Shown in pieces: positions 1 through 11,848 of a stretch of DNA of 64,000 nucleotides. The position numbers were made by a program, and so were the translations under genes. Position 1 is the first letter of the stretch. Each line of letters starts with the position of its first letter. The stretch is from Octopus sinensis. Its lineage: Eukaryota. Under the pieces are notes generated by a model. It was not told the origin of the DNA, searched no databases, and saw nothing but the letters and a program-made list of their open reading frames with translations. The stretch covers positions 142,786,001 to 142,850,000 of the forward strand of contig NC_042997.1 of the NCBI RefSeq assembly GCF_006345805.1. Direction: 5' to 3'.

Positions 1-131
1 AGGATTAGTCAAGTTGATTACATCATAATGTTATCAGACATGTCAATATATCGACCCTGTTTTAATCCCCACAGCCCTTACAACCAGAAGATCTGTCCTT
101 CCTGTGATAAACACTTAGATCTTATATACAT

Positions 132-174
<43 letters not shown>

Positions 175-175
<1 letters not shown>

Positions 176-458
176 TATGTGAAATAGAAAGATGAATAAT
201 CTTGTAGTAGATTAATCAACAGTTTAACCGATACCTTAGTAGCAAAAATCACAGCAGTTCGATTTGTTTTTTGCTCCGCCTCTGTTCTGTTTTTGTTTTT
301 CCAACGGATTTCCTTTTTTCTTCCTGAAGAGAAAGACACAATATGGTCCCATTATTCAATCGGATTTTGGTAATTTGTGCCTTTCGAAACACGTGTAGAA
401 TGAAATAAAACGATTCCTGTTCAATCTGCGTTCAGCTCCATTTCTTCAATTCACCAAT

Positions 459-465
<7 letters not shown>
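175..465 (+). mobile_element. Penelope-like pLTR fragment in (TA)n
   Basis: Hammerhead plus polyA signal, loosely inverted ends, TA repeats on both sides. Confidence 0.55.
321..400 (+). ncRNA. Minimal type I hammerhead ribozyme (Penelope pLTR type)
   Basis: CTGAAGA at 324-330. Stem II 331-341/375-385 (10 of 11 pairs). GAAAC-ACGT-GTA at 386-397. Stem I TTC/GAA. AATAAA at 404-409. Confidence 0.8.
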
Positions 466-508
<43 letters not shown>

Positions 509-539
509 GTATATATGAATATATATGTGTGCCCATTCA

Positions 540-1232
540 AAGTACCCCGGATCCCAGAACGTCCCGCTGTGCTTGAGGAGACCTGTTGAGTCAAGTACAT
601 GAACATGAACGTCGAAATATATATCAATGGAAATAGTAGTTGTGATGCCTGTGCCGGTGGCACATAAAAAGCACTATCCAAACGTGGCCGATGCCAGCGC
701 CGCCCCAACTGGCTTCTGTGCCGGTGGCACATAAAAAGCACCATCCGAACGTGGCTGATGCCAGCACCGCCCCGACTGGCTCCTGTGTGCCGGTGGCACA
801 TAAAAAGCACTATCCGAACGTGGTCGATGCCAGTGCCGCCCCAACTGTCTTCTGTACCGATGGCACATAAAAAGCACCATCCGAACGTGGCCGATGCTAG
901 CGCTGCCCCGACTGGCTCCTGTGCCAGTGGCACATAAAAAGACCATCCGAACGTTGCCAGCTCCGCCTTGGCTGGCTTCCGTGCCGCTGGCACGTTAAAA
1001 GCTCCAACCAATCGTGACCGATGCCAGACCCCCCCTGGCACCTGTGCAGGTGGCACGTAAAAAGCACCCACTACACTCACGGAGTGGTTGGCGTTAGGAA
1101 GGGCATCCAGCCGTAGAAACTCTGCCAGATCAGACTGGAGCCTGGAGCAGCCGCTGGCTTCCCAGACCCCGGTCGAACCGTCCAACCCGTGCTAGCGCGG
1201 AAAGCGGACGTTAAACGATGATGATGATGATG
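540..1232 (+). mobile_element. Retroposon family C with internal ~67-bp tandem array and (GAT)n tail
   Basis: Ends GGACGTTAAAC(GAT)n. Related copies at about 23900-24250, 48260-48595, 55310-55460, 57000-57302 and 61806-61990. Confidence 0.8.
651..1070 (+). repeat. Tandem array of 7 GTGCC-NNN-GGCAC hairpin-headed units
   Basis: Unit starts at 651, 718, 787, 854, 921, 981 and 1044. Confidence 0.9.
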
Positions 1233-1246
1233 ATATATATATATAT

Positions 1247-1330
1247 ACATACATACATACATACATACATACATACATACATACATACATACATACATAC
1301 ATACATACATACATACATACATACATACAT

Positions 1331-1374
<44 letters not shown>
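1247..1374. repeat. (TACA)n/(CA)n microsatellite, one of many TA, CA, CT and AAT tracts
   Basis: Seen directly. Other tracts include 45446-45580, 48000-48259 and 61215-61394. Confidence 0.95.
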
Positions 1375-1967
1375 GTATATATGTGTATGTATATCTATGT
1401 ATGTGTATGTTTTATATATATATTATGGGTTTCAGCCAGAGGCTGTGGCCATGCTGATGCCCTGCCTTTACTACATCCGGGGATTTCTATATTTCTATAG
1501 TCAAATCAATATTTTATGCTTCCAAAATATGCCTATCAATTATTGCATACACATAACATTTCAACCAAGCTAAACAGTTTAGAATTCCATGCTAAAATGT
1601 CTCGTAAATCAGTAGCAGTTCCTTCCCAATTCATCTTGTTGTCTAAATGTCTTTACCGCTTGCTGCAAGATGTAACATATTTATCACCTGCTACATTATT
1701 GATTTACATATATATATATATATATATATATTATTTAGCAACAGTTTGATTTAGCTCCATGCAACTTAGTTTCGTGGGCTTGTTGAATGATCTTAGGTTG
1801 TCAGGTTTTGAGATCTCCAAATGTCTGACATGCCAAGCTCCTATTAACTGTATTGAGTGTCACTTTCTTTCACATGTCCACTTGTACATGTACACACACA
1901 CACACACACACATGTATATATATGGTAGTTGTATACTCCTTTTGCAGAGTTTGACCACCTCCTGTAC

Positions 1968-2250
1968 CTACACCTTAGGACCATCATGGCATCTAACATG
2001 GCTTTTTAAACCAGACAATATTTTGAAAAGATATCCACATAAATTGCATATCCGATTTGGACCACCAAGAGCTGAAGTTAAGTTCTGATCTTTGTGGATC
2101 TTAAAATGTCTTTTGAGGCCATCATTAGATTTGCAGACCTTCTGGCATACGTTGCATTGAAAGGTGTGCACTGACATTGGTGAAGATTCGTTTTCCATGA
2201 GTCCAGCAAAAGAAAGGCATGATTTGTCACAAACTGTACACACTAAAAGG
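1968..2250 (-). mobile_element. C2H2 zinc-finger coding fragment, probably a LINE ORF2 C-terminus
   Basis: CTVCDK..GL (broken), CNVCQKVCKSNDGLKRHFKIH and CNLCGYLFKILSGLKSHVRCH. No TGEKP linkers; starts at a TA tract. Confidence 0.55.
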
Positions 2251-2295
<45 letters not shown>

Positions 2296-2296
2296 C

Positions 2297-2327
<31 letters not shown>

Positions 2328-2343
2328 CACACATACAAACACA

Positions 2344-2425
<82 letters not shown>

Positions 2426-2628
2426 GAATATATATATACATACTTATATTCTCATACATTATTTATATATTGAAATTTTCCACCCAAGTTAACAAAGGAA
2501 AAACTAGATACACAACTAAAGTGTAAAATTTAGATTACTAAAAAATTTTTTAAATGATAAATCAAACTGATTAGAACTATCGGTGAAATCATTCTTTTTC
2601 TTTTTTTGAAATATATATATTCATATAT

Positions 2629-2726
2629 AGTGACCATTTGTTTCACACCTAGAAAGCACTTAACTGTATAGGCAACTTGTAACATATACAGCTAAGTGCT
2701 TTGTAGGTGCAGAACCAGTGGTCACT
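2629..2726. mobile_element. Short foldback/MITE
   Basis: AGTGACCA...AAAGCACTTA-CTGTATA mirrored by TATACAG-TAAGTGCTTT...TGGTCACT. Confidence 0.7.
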
Positions 2727-2794
2727 CTATGATTAACCATAACATTTAACACGCTTCTTTTTCAGACATATGAACTTCTGACGATATATTCATA

Positions 2795-2984
2795 TGTTGG
2801 CCTATGGCCTCTCTAAAATAGGGAGAAGGAAATGATTTTTCTTTTGTGGTTGAATTGTTCCATATGTAGAAATGGTCAGCTGGTCAGCTATTTGGTGGAG
2901 ACCATGTAAACACCATGAAAAACTCAGGCCAGCTAGCGGAAAAGATTGTTTTCCTCCATATTTTAAAGAGGCCATAGACCAACA
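2795..2984. mobile_element. MITE with ~30-bp imperfect TIRs
   Basis: TGTTGGCCTATGGCCTCTCTAAAATA vs TATTTTAAAGAGGCCATAGACCAACA. Confidence 0.7.
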
Positions 2985-3133
2985 GGTCTTGAGGTCTGGA
3001 GATATTTCATAAAGGTACCCTTTATGGAGTATCTTATGTCATTAAAAGACACACCCTACTGTCATTAAAAAGAAATCCAGGGTAACCCTATAAACCGGTC
3101 TTCACCAATAACAAATATATATATATATTTATC

Positions 3134-3197
<64 letters not shown>

Positions 3198-3323
3198 TAT
3201 CACTGTGACGTCACCGTGACCAACCAGGCTATCAGATGTTGCTACACATCGGTGGTCACAATGCGCTTCGCATTGTTTTAGCCTTCAAATGATACCACCC
3301 CGCTGGCTAAGCAAGCAGGCCAT

Positions 3324-3359
<36 letters not shown>

Positions 3360-6300
3360 GTATCTATACACACACACATCGTATATATGTGTGCATATAT
3401 ACATATGCGCATCATATATCTATATATTTGTGTGTATATATATATATATATGTGTGTGTGTCTGTATGTGTATATATGTATGTATATTTTATATTGGTCA
3501 TCTTTGTCATGTAACTTACTCTTCATGATGCACCTGACTGAATTTCATTTTGGGATATGTTCTTTTTTTTAGGGAGAGCTTAATACATAAATTACTTCAC
3601 AATCAATATCTTTCAACCCAGCATATTAGACACCACTCAGCCCATCCATTAGTATTCAATCTATTTGGTTGGCCAATATAGAGACTAAATTTAAGATCAA
3701 CACAAGAGCTCTATTTAAGTGTAACTCAATTCAAACAGGAAATTACTAAGTCAAGGCACAAAAATATTTTGATAATGCTTTGAATGATTGAGATTATCAT
3801 GACAATAGATATGTCAATGATAAAGAAGATAACTGCAGCTATAAATATGATGCTTGTGAAGACAATAACACTCTTAATAACTAACAGGAAACAACAACAC
3901 TATGAGGGAGCCTTTACATGGTTGCTCAACCTGTTAGGCTAGAAACAGCAGTCAAACCTCCTTCAAAATACACCTTACTAGCTTAAAGGGGAAAAGAAGT
4001 CAGATTTGATAATGGTGGTCTTAGTTATTCCTAAAGAAGTGTGGGATGATCCTAGTTGGGATGGGTTTTTTTTTCATAGGTCTCAATATGAGGGTAAGCA
4101 ATAACAACACTGACTACAAGTTACATAGGGACTCTTTATGTCGTCACTTGATCTATTAGAAAGAGTAGTCAAATATCTCTTAAACCACACCCCACTGTCG
4201 TTAAAAAGTAATAGATGTACTATGTAGTCCTAGATACAGTATATCTGAAATTGACCAAGGGATTATGACTAGATGACTTTTGACTGTAAGTCTGCTTGAT
4301 CAGACCTGACCTGGGGCTAAACAACACTATGATAAAAAATTGAAAATAATAATTATAAGGAAAACAATGTGATAAATAACTGAGAACAGTGATAATGACA
4401 TTATCACTGAGTGAAATATCACAAACAACAGCTTTATCATTATACTAAATATAATAATAATAGGTTACAGTTTGATGTTTATATATATATATATAGAATG
4501 GAAAAGATATATATGTCTACCAAGCAGTATATACTGTAAATTTGATTATTTGAAATCAGGCCATTACCCTATAATAGGAACTGCTCTAAAAAATAGTTTA
4601 AGGAGACTTCCTGTATTTGATCATCCTGATTATCATAGAATAATTGCATCAGGAACCACATGTAATATTTCAAAACTATGGAATTGAAAGCTGGTATTGA
4701 AAACTTTTCAAGTGTGAGCAAGAGTTTGATCACCGTTTATCAGGGCAATGTCACAAAAATTAGCATACAGTAATATCTTAGTTAACACTTTTCCATTTAG
4801 CATAGATTTTCTGTAGCAATCTGTTTTCCAAAAGACTATGTCTTCGGCAGAGCCTGTAGATGCTCCGTATTTCATATATTTTCTTACTTTTATTTAGATG
4901 CATTAATTTATATATAACATTGATTTATTATATTGAATATTTGTATGATGATGAACTAAACAATAGATTGAGGTTATTAATAAATAAAAGTAAATCATGC
5001 TATTGCTGTGTCAGAGGAGAACTAAATCATCTCTGAAATTGCCTTCTTGTTTGGACTTTTCTCAAATTAATCCTCACAGATTAAATTTTTGTGCACTAAC
5101 ATGCAGATACTGAATAAATCTGTTAGAATTGGTTAAGCATGTGTACTACGTATGAAATGTGGGGAATTCCAGAAAGTAATCTGCTATCAAAAATGTGTTA
5201 ATTCATTTCCCATATTTCAAGTGCACACACAGAGCACTGTGCATACTCAGTTTTCACACAGTTCTCACACAGTAAGGGTTAAGAAATTGCTCTTTATTCA
5301 TGCTTTCTCATTGATTCTTTTGTCAGTTCTTCCTCATATCCTGTCTACTGTTCTTCATTCATATTATTTAATAGCTGCTCTCTCTTTCAAAGTTGTCACA
5401 TATAATCTGCTCACTGTTCACCATTCATGAACTTTCTTCATATTTGTTGGCTTTCCCTTTTACACCAAAGGTATCTCATACATTCATGTTCAGTTGTGTT
5501 GGCTCTTTTTAGTTGATAGTTTTGTCTTAAACATTCTCTTATAACCTTTGTTCTTTCCTCATCCTTTAACTGTATCATTTCATTCTTCCTGTTGATGTTT
5601 CAAGTCTTCAGTTTTATTCCATATTCTGAAATGAGAATAAACTTTGTTCCAACACTCAGTGCTCTGAGTTCATATCTCACTGAGGTCAGCTTTATCTTTC
5701 ATTCTTTTGAGGTAATAAAAATGTATCAATCCAAGGAAATAGATTAGCAGATGTCTTGCATTCTAAGTTCAAATCCTGCCATAGCCTATTTGGGAAGTCG
5801 ATCTAATTGGTCAACTGATTTACCACCATCATTTGGCACTGTGGTTGCCTTTAGCAGAGTCCACTTTGTTGCAACTATTCAGGCCAGGTTTCTGGTTTAA
5901 AGATAGCTTCTCTTTCACCCATCTTGGCAGCCAGGTTATGGGCACTATCTTCATCATCATCATCAACCCATAGACATTACTATGTCAAGTCCTAAGGCTC
6001 ATAAGGCTGGTTACTCTGTTTCTGTTGTTTATCAGTGACTAAGATTACAACATTCCCTTCAAACAGGACACCAGTCCATCATAAGGATATTCATTTACAA
6101 CAGAATGGATTGGACCAGCATGAAATGAGGTGTTTTGCTCATGAACACAATATGCTCCTTGGTCTGGGAATTGAAATCATGATCTTGTGGTTGTGAGTGC
6201 AACACTCTAACCACCAGACCATGTTTCTTCATTGCCTCCCCTCTTGACTGAAGGATAAAGGAAATATTCTATAACATTAGACCCTATAACTTAATGTCAC

Positions 6301-7476
6301 AATGTATAACATTACATTGTGTGATGTTATTTAAAGTTAAGATTTTGGAGGATGTGAAAGTGAATAACTGAATGAATTTTTCAGCCTTTTGATGATATTT
6401 ATTACTTTCATTTGTGTTCGAATCACTGTTAAAAATAGCCTATCAAGCTTGTATCTCTATGCTATGTTATAATGACCTCGTATAGCACTGTATCTACAAA
6501 GCTATCCGAGGTATTAATATCCTTGGTATGTGGGAAGTAGTGAGGAAGCACAATATCAAGCAAGTTAAAAGCAACGAATGGAGAGATAGACAAAGAGGAA
6601 TAAAGCAAAATTTGATTTTTAGAAATGAGTTACTGTTAGGTGGTAAAAAATTTTATAGAAACTTGTTGAGGAAATAGTTTGTATTAACAACAACTAGTTG
6701 CTACAAGATATTTTTCTTTGAAGATTTTTTTTCCTCAGCATGGCCCAAAAATGTCTTGAGATGCAGATATTAAAACAGTTTGATCTTTTCATATTGGAAT
6801 CACATTTGCTTCTTATTTAATATTTAATTTAAAATAGAGATTATCTTTTCTACGTTATACGGTATATTGCCACATTATACTTTATATTGTTTTATTTCGT
6901 GTATTTCTATAATGTAAGTGTATTTTCGTAAAATAATACAGAATAACAACACTCTCATAAGTATGCTGTTTTCTTATTAAAATGTGCATTCTATATGAAT
7001 ATGTGAAACCAAGGAAAATATATTAAGGGTTGACTTACGGATATTAATGAAAGAGTATAGGTAACACTACATTACATTTAAGTAGTAGATTGGCAGAATC
7101 ATTAAAGCATCAGACAAAATTCTTGCAGCATTTAATTACAGCCTTTATGTTCTGAGTTCAGATCCCACAAAGGTCAGTTTTGTCCTTTTATCTTTCTACA
7201 GTCAATAAAATAAAGTACCAATCAAGTTCTGAGGTTTATTCAATATTCCTGCAATGTATCACAGATGTAAATAGAATTTTAATAAATGGCATTATCTTGA
7301 TAATTAAAAAGAAGTTTAAACGTCAAAAAAATTATGGTGGGTACATCTTTTAGAAATAGGATTTTAAAATAAATAATGCAATCTAAGGAATATATTATAT
7401 ATATATATATATATATCTGATGATTGCTAAATAAGGTACATTTCTTTCACCTGTTCATTGTCCTGCTTGGTTCTAG

Positions 7477-7512
7477 ACGTCGGCCCAGTATTGCCAGCAT
7501 TGGTGTTTCATT
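7477..7512 (+). CDS. SLC4A2: Probable 36-nt microexon of the SLC4 anion exchanger (xRRPSIASIGVS[L])
   Basis: Pyrimidine tract + TTCTAG acceptor and TT|GTAAGT donor. Phase 2-2 and open; TT joins the A starting exon 20498 to make Leu in frame. Confidence 0.7.
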
Positions 7513-8249
7513 GTAAGTACTGCATGTTCTTTCCCCTCTCTCGATATATAGAACTATTACTAACATCAACAACATATTAAATAATGTCATCAATAACATT
7601 CCCTTCTATTGGTGTTGTTTTTTTATTTACCATCCTTTCAAATTAGTCTTGGACAAATATTTGTTAGAATTTTTTTTTTTTTGGTATGGTTTTCATTTCT
7701 ATTTTTTGTGTTAGTTATAGATCAGAATAAATTACTACAACCCAAAAAAGAACCCCCATTTTTATTGGACTTTTATATCTAAAGAAAAAAAACAACTTTA
7801 AATAACAGATATCTGAGATGAATTCTTTATTCTGCTATTACTGCATTTAGTTAACCTCTGACTAGTCTAGACTCTCTCTTTCTCTGCACCAACTTTCATT
7901 TCTATCACCCTTGCCTTTCACCTGCATGTCATTCATTACAAAAATATATTCATAAACTCACCACCTCCTCTGTCTCATCTATATATATACTCTCTTTTCT
8001 CATTTCATTTGTTTACATGTGCTTCTGCAGTCATATTTCAATGATTTGTCATTGATTTTTGTTCAATCATGTTTGTTGAGCTGTCTAAATTCTTTCATAT
8101 CATTTTGCACACATTTAACTCCAAACTTTAAAATAAGCAACATTTTTTTTTTGTGTCTATCTCATTCAGTTTCTTTATTGTTATATAATTATAAATTGTG
8201 GAATATGTTCATATTACACACACACACATGTATATATACATACAGTTTG

Positions 8250-8328
<79 letters not shown>

Positions 8329-8346
8329 TTTATATTTATACTTATA

Positions 8347-8563
8347 TCATGTGTTCATGTGACCAACCAGGCTATCAAATGCTGTTACTCATCATTCCTC
8401 ACAATGCATTGTTTTAGCCTTCAAATGATGCCACCCTGCTGGCTAGGTGAGCAGGCCAACATTCCTCCCTGATCAGGGGTGTCATTTCAAGGTTAAAACA
8501 ATGCAAAAGTGCATTGTGACCAGCAATGAGTAACAACATCTAATAGCCTGATGATCACGTGAT
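8347..8563. mobile_element. Two inverted copies of a ~120-bp TA-microsatellite-associated repeat
   Basis: The same unit occurs singly at 3200-3322 (+) and 35883-36001 (-), each in (TA)n. Confidence 0.75.
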
Positions 8564-10679
8564 ATATAGTGTATATGCATGTGTTGTATGTGAATTATTG
8601 ATGCACATAGTTTAAAAAGTATCAATTTAATTGATGAATATATTGAAAAAAACTGATGGTTTGTATGCATATATTTTGCATTTGTGATAGATATTTTTGT
8701 CATCAGAGAATCCCATATTTACATTTTACCCATTTAGAAAAAATTATTACACCCAGAGATTTTGGTTTCAGAAGTTGCTTTTAAAAATACACATACATTT
8801 TCTTTTTGTTTTGTTTTAAGATTTACACTTTTCAGCAATTATTAAAAAAATTAGGAAGTTCTTTTTTTCTTCAAGCATTCTACAATATTTTAGAATGTTC
8901 AAGAATCTAGTTTGTTTTGAAATTTTTTTTTCTTTTCCTGTTTTTAATATAAAAGAGAAATGTGTGTTAATAATTCAATAATTTCTCTCTGTCAAATGTA
9001 TCAAAAGAACAAGTAGTCTAAACTAATTACTATTACTCTCCAAAAAAAGAAAATGAAAATTCAAAATCACTACTCTAATCTACAGAAGAGGTGGGTGACC
9101 ATTTTAGTACCAGGCACAAATGACAAATGCTTCAGAACCTCTTGGAAATGGGGCAGACATATGTACTGAGAAAACTAATGAATCTTTCAAGCAAAAATTA
9201 ACACTGGAAATGTTTTATTCCACACAGAAACTGCAGGAGCTATTCAAAGGTTTTGCAAACTTTTCTAAATCTATAGCAGTGTTGGAAACCATTCTGTATC
9301 ATTAGTAGGTATCTCAGGGTCACAAACATTTTGCCCCTTAGCCTCTACACTTTGCCTGAGTGAGACAGTGAGGACTGAATTAGTCTACATTTGTGGAAGG
9401 GTTCCACTTTAATTGTATCAAATCATAATAAGTATACAACTGAAATTTAATTACTGTTTTGGCCTTAAAGGTTAAATCAATATTTTTCTTTCTTTTATTG
9501 AGTTTTAGAGACTTACATCGGTAGACAGTTTTAAATTTGCATGAATGAAGGTTTCCCCACCCCTGTTCTACAGAAACAGAATTTCTTCAACACTTTAAAC
9601 TGTTTATTCAGAATAAAGAAGAACATGCCCAGACATAATAAAGAGAATTTTTAGATAATGAACTAGTGAGTGAGTCTCTATGCAATCACTCAAACTGCTA
9701 AAATTAACAGATAAATCTTCCTCAAATCATTATCCTACTGTCTTAAAATAAGAAAGACATTTGGTACACTGCACATTTGCATAGGCATCACGCTCTGGCA
9801 TGAATGACTTGGTGGCATGTACCATGCTTTCACTTATTGTTTTAAGTGCTTGTGTAGTCACAAATAGATATAAACATTCTCTTGGCCCTCCCAGCTTAGA
9901 TTCAATGCAATTGAGGATGTGACAGCTAGAGGGAAAGAGGGTTGCACCAGCATTCAGCTTATACTCAATTTTCGGCTGAGTTGACTGTAAAGTTGTGAAA
10001 TAAAGTACCTTGCTCAAAGACACAGGAATCAAACCCACAAGTGCAACATCTTAACCACTAGGTCATGTGCCTTCACATTAGGCACTCTACATCTTTCAGG
10101 AGGATTTTGTTTTTGCAGATAAGATATGTTCTGTCTGTAAAATAAAAAACAAAAAATGATACAGGATGGACATGGCCAAATTAGCTTAGGCCATGGGTCT
10201 GCTTGATTAGAACTAGTTAGGAGTTAAACAACAATTAAAATACTAGTTGTTTGCCAAGGATTAAAGGAATTGGGTTAGAAGATTGTGATGAGTAATTACC
10301 AAATCATTGAAGATCTTTAAAATGCAATGTGTATGTCCCACCAGTTGCTGCTTCATTAATTAGAGACTGATAAAGGGACAGTGGTATTTAATGAGGACAG
10401 TGCTTTTGCAATATATTGAAGGAGTGAAAGAGGTACATTGATAAAAGCAACACTATTTTAGTGATATTCATGAGGGAACATTTTAAAAGACAATTAATAC
10501 TAAGAAATCACTAGTATAGAAATATCATTAAGATGTTTTCCTTGCGATGTAGAACAATCAGAATTTAGAACCTTTATGATTAAGTTTAGTTTTTAAAACA
10601 TTGATTGATTATTGATTCTTTTTTATTATTATCATTATCATCATCATCACCATCAACATCACCACCAGTACCACCACCA

Positions 10680-11335
10680 TATCATGCATGGGTTGGACGT
10701 TGTCTTCTCCAGCATGGTGGTTCATCAGTTGTCATAATCACTCTCATCATCCCTTTTGAAGAAGCTCAACAACTTTAGACTCACTTTCACCACCTCTACC
10801 CATTTCTTCCTCAGCCTTTAACAACTGCCTATCCCAGTTAGTATAAGTCTCTAGGGCTTGTGTATTCACTTGATTGTTAAGTGTCCTTGTTGGTTTTCTA
10901 AATTTAATGTTGTAGTATAGTTAGGTCATTTGTGTCACTGAGCTCCAACAGCCTTGGACCCTCTCCTACTCATTCCTTGTTCCATATCCTTAACTTCCAT
11001 GTACTTTAGTGTTGCCCAGTATGTCCCTTAAAATCAGCAGCCTCTAAGAAGTTCTCATAGAAATGGGCTTTTGCTCATGATATTAATGAAATTATTATTT
11101 GTCAGTCCTGGTGTTATTTTATTGCCCATGATTCAGCTAAGCTTAATTATGCTGTCACATAATCTGGTTACCTCATTTATTTTATCTATCCATTTCTCTG
11201 TCAATAGAATACCTAATCCACCCACCCAAAGGGATTTAGATTTATGTTCCTTGCTTATGAAGCAACTGGCTAAAGCTTCTCCTCTACTACCTTCTAACCT
11301 CATACACATATCCAATCTCCCTACTCCGATACCTT
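10680..11335 (-). mobile_element. Decayed RTE-like LINE (AP-endonuclease fragment plus 3' end)
   Basis: LWVGGLGILLTEKWIDKINEVTRLCDSIIKL resembles the RTE endonuclease. 3' end GTCCAACCCATGC followed by a (GAT)-rich tail. Confidence 0.55.
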
Positions 11336-11656
11336 AATATCTCTATACCTACTTTTCATCATAACATTGATGATGGCAGCTCTGAAGTTTTGTATCTGAA
11401 AGAAAGAGATGAGGCTTTCCGCTGCTGGTTGGATTGTTGTTTCATGTGTATGTTCTGCATCTCAAAAAAATGGGGGTGTTTATGTTCTTTTTGCTCCAAG
11501 CTCTTCCATTGCTAGGAATTCAGTCACTCCAAACCAACCACCAGCACCCCTATGGCTCTTCAACCAGTCATATAAACTCGAACCCACCAGTCTTCTGTGA
11601 TCATCTTTCCTACTTCTCTACCTCCATCCATTTCTTTTGTAATATTTCTATATATT

Positions 11657-11848
11657 AAGGCAGCGAGCTGGCAGAAACGTTAGCATGCCGGATGAAATGC
11701 TTAGCAGTATTTCATCTGTCTTTATATTCTGAGTTCAAATTCCATCGAGGTCAACTTTACTTTTTATCTTTTATCCTTTCCGGGTTGATAAATTAAGTAC
11801 CAGTTGCAAACTGGGGTCAATCTAATCTACTGGTCTTTGTAGAAAAGA
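11657..11848 (+). mobile_element. tRNA-derived SINE family A with TSD
   Basis: GGCAGCGAGCTGGCAGAAACGTTAGC...GAGTTCAAATTCC head; TSD AATATTTCTATATA. Many copies, e.g. 17720-18300 (-), 28360-28555 (-), 41163-41560, 49752-49965, 51110-51342, 57843-58065. Confidence 0.85.

Noticed and set aside
651-1070. CRISPR-like look (palindromic repeat plus spacer)
   Set aside because: The spacers are near-identical, no cas genes are present, the context is a eukaryotic intron, and the array is part of a dispersed retroposon.
451-1185. 244-aa minus-strand ORF
   Set aside because: Read-through of the tandem array and a TA tract, with no domain.
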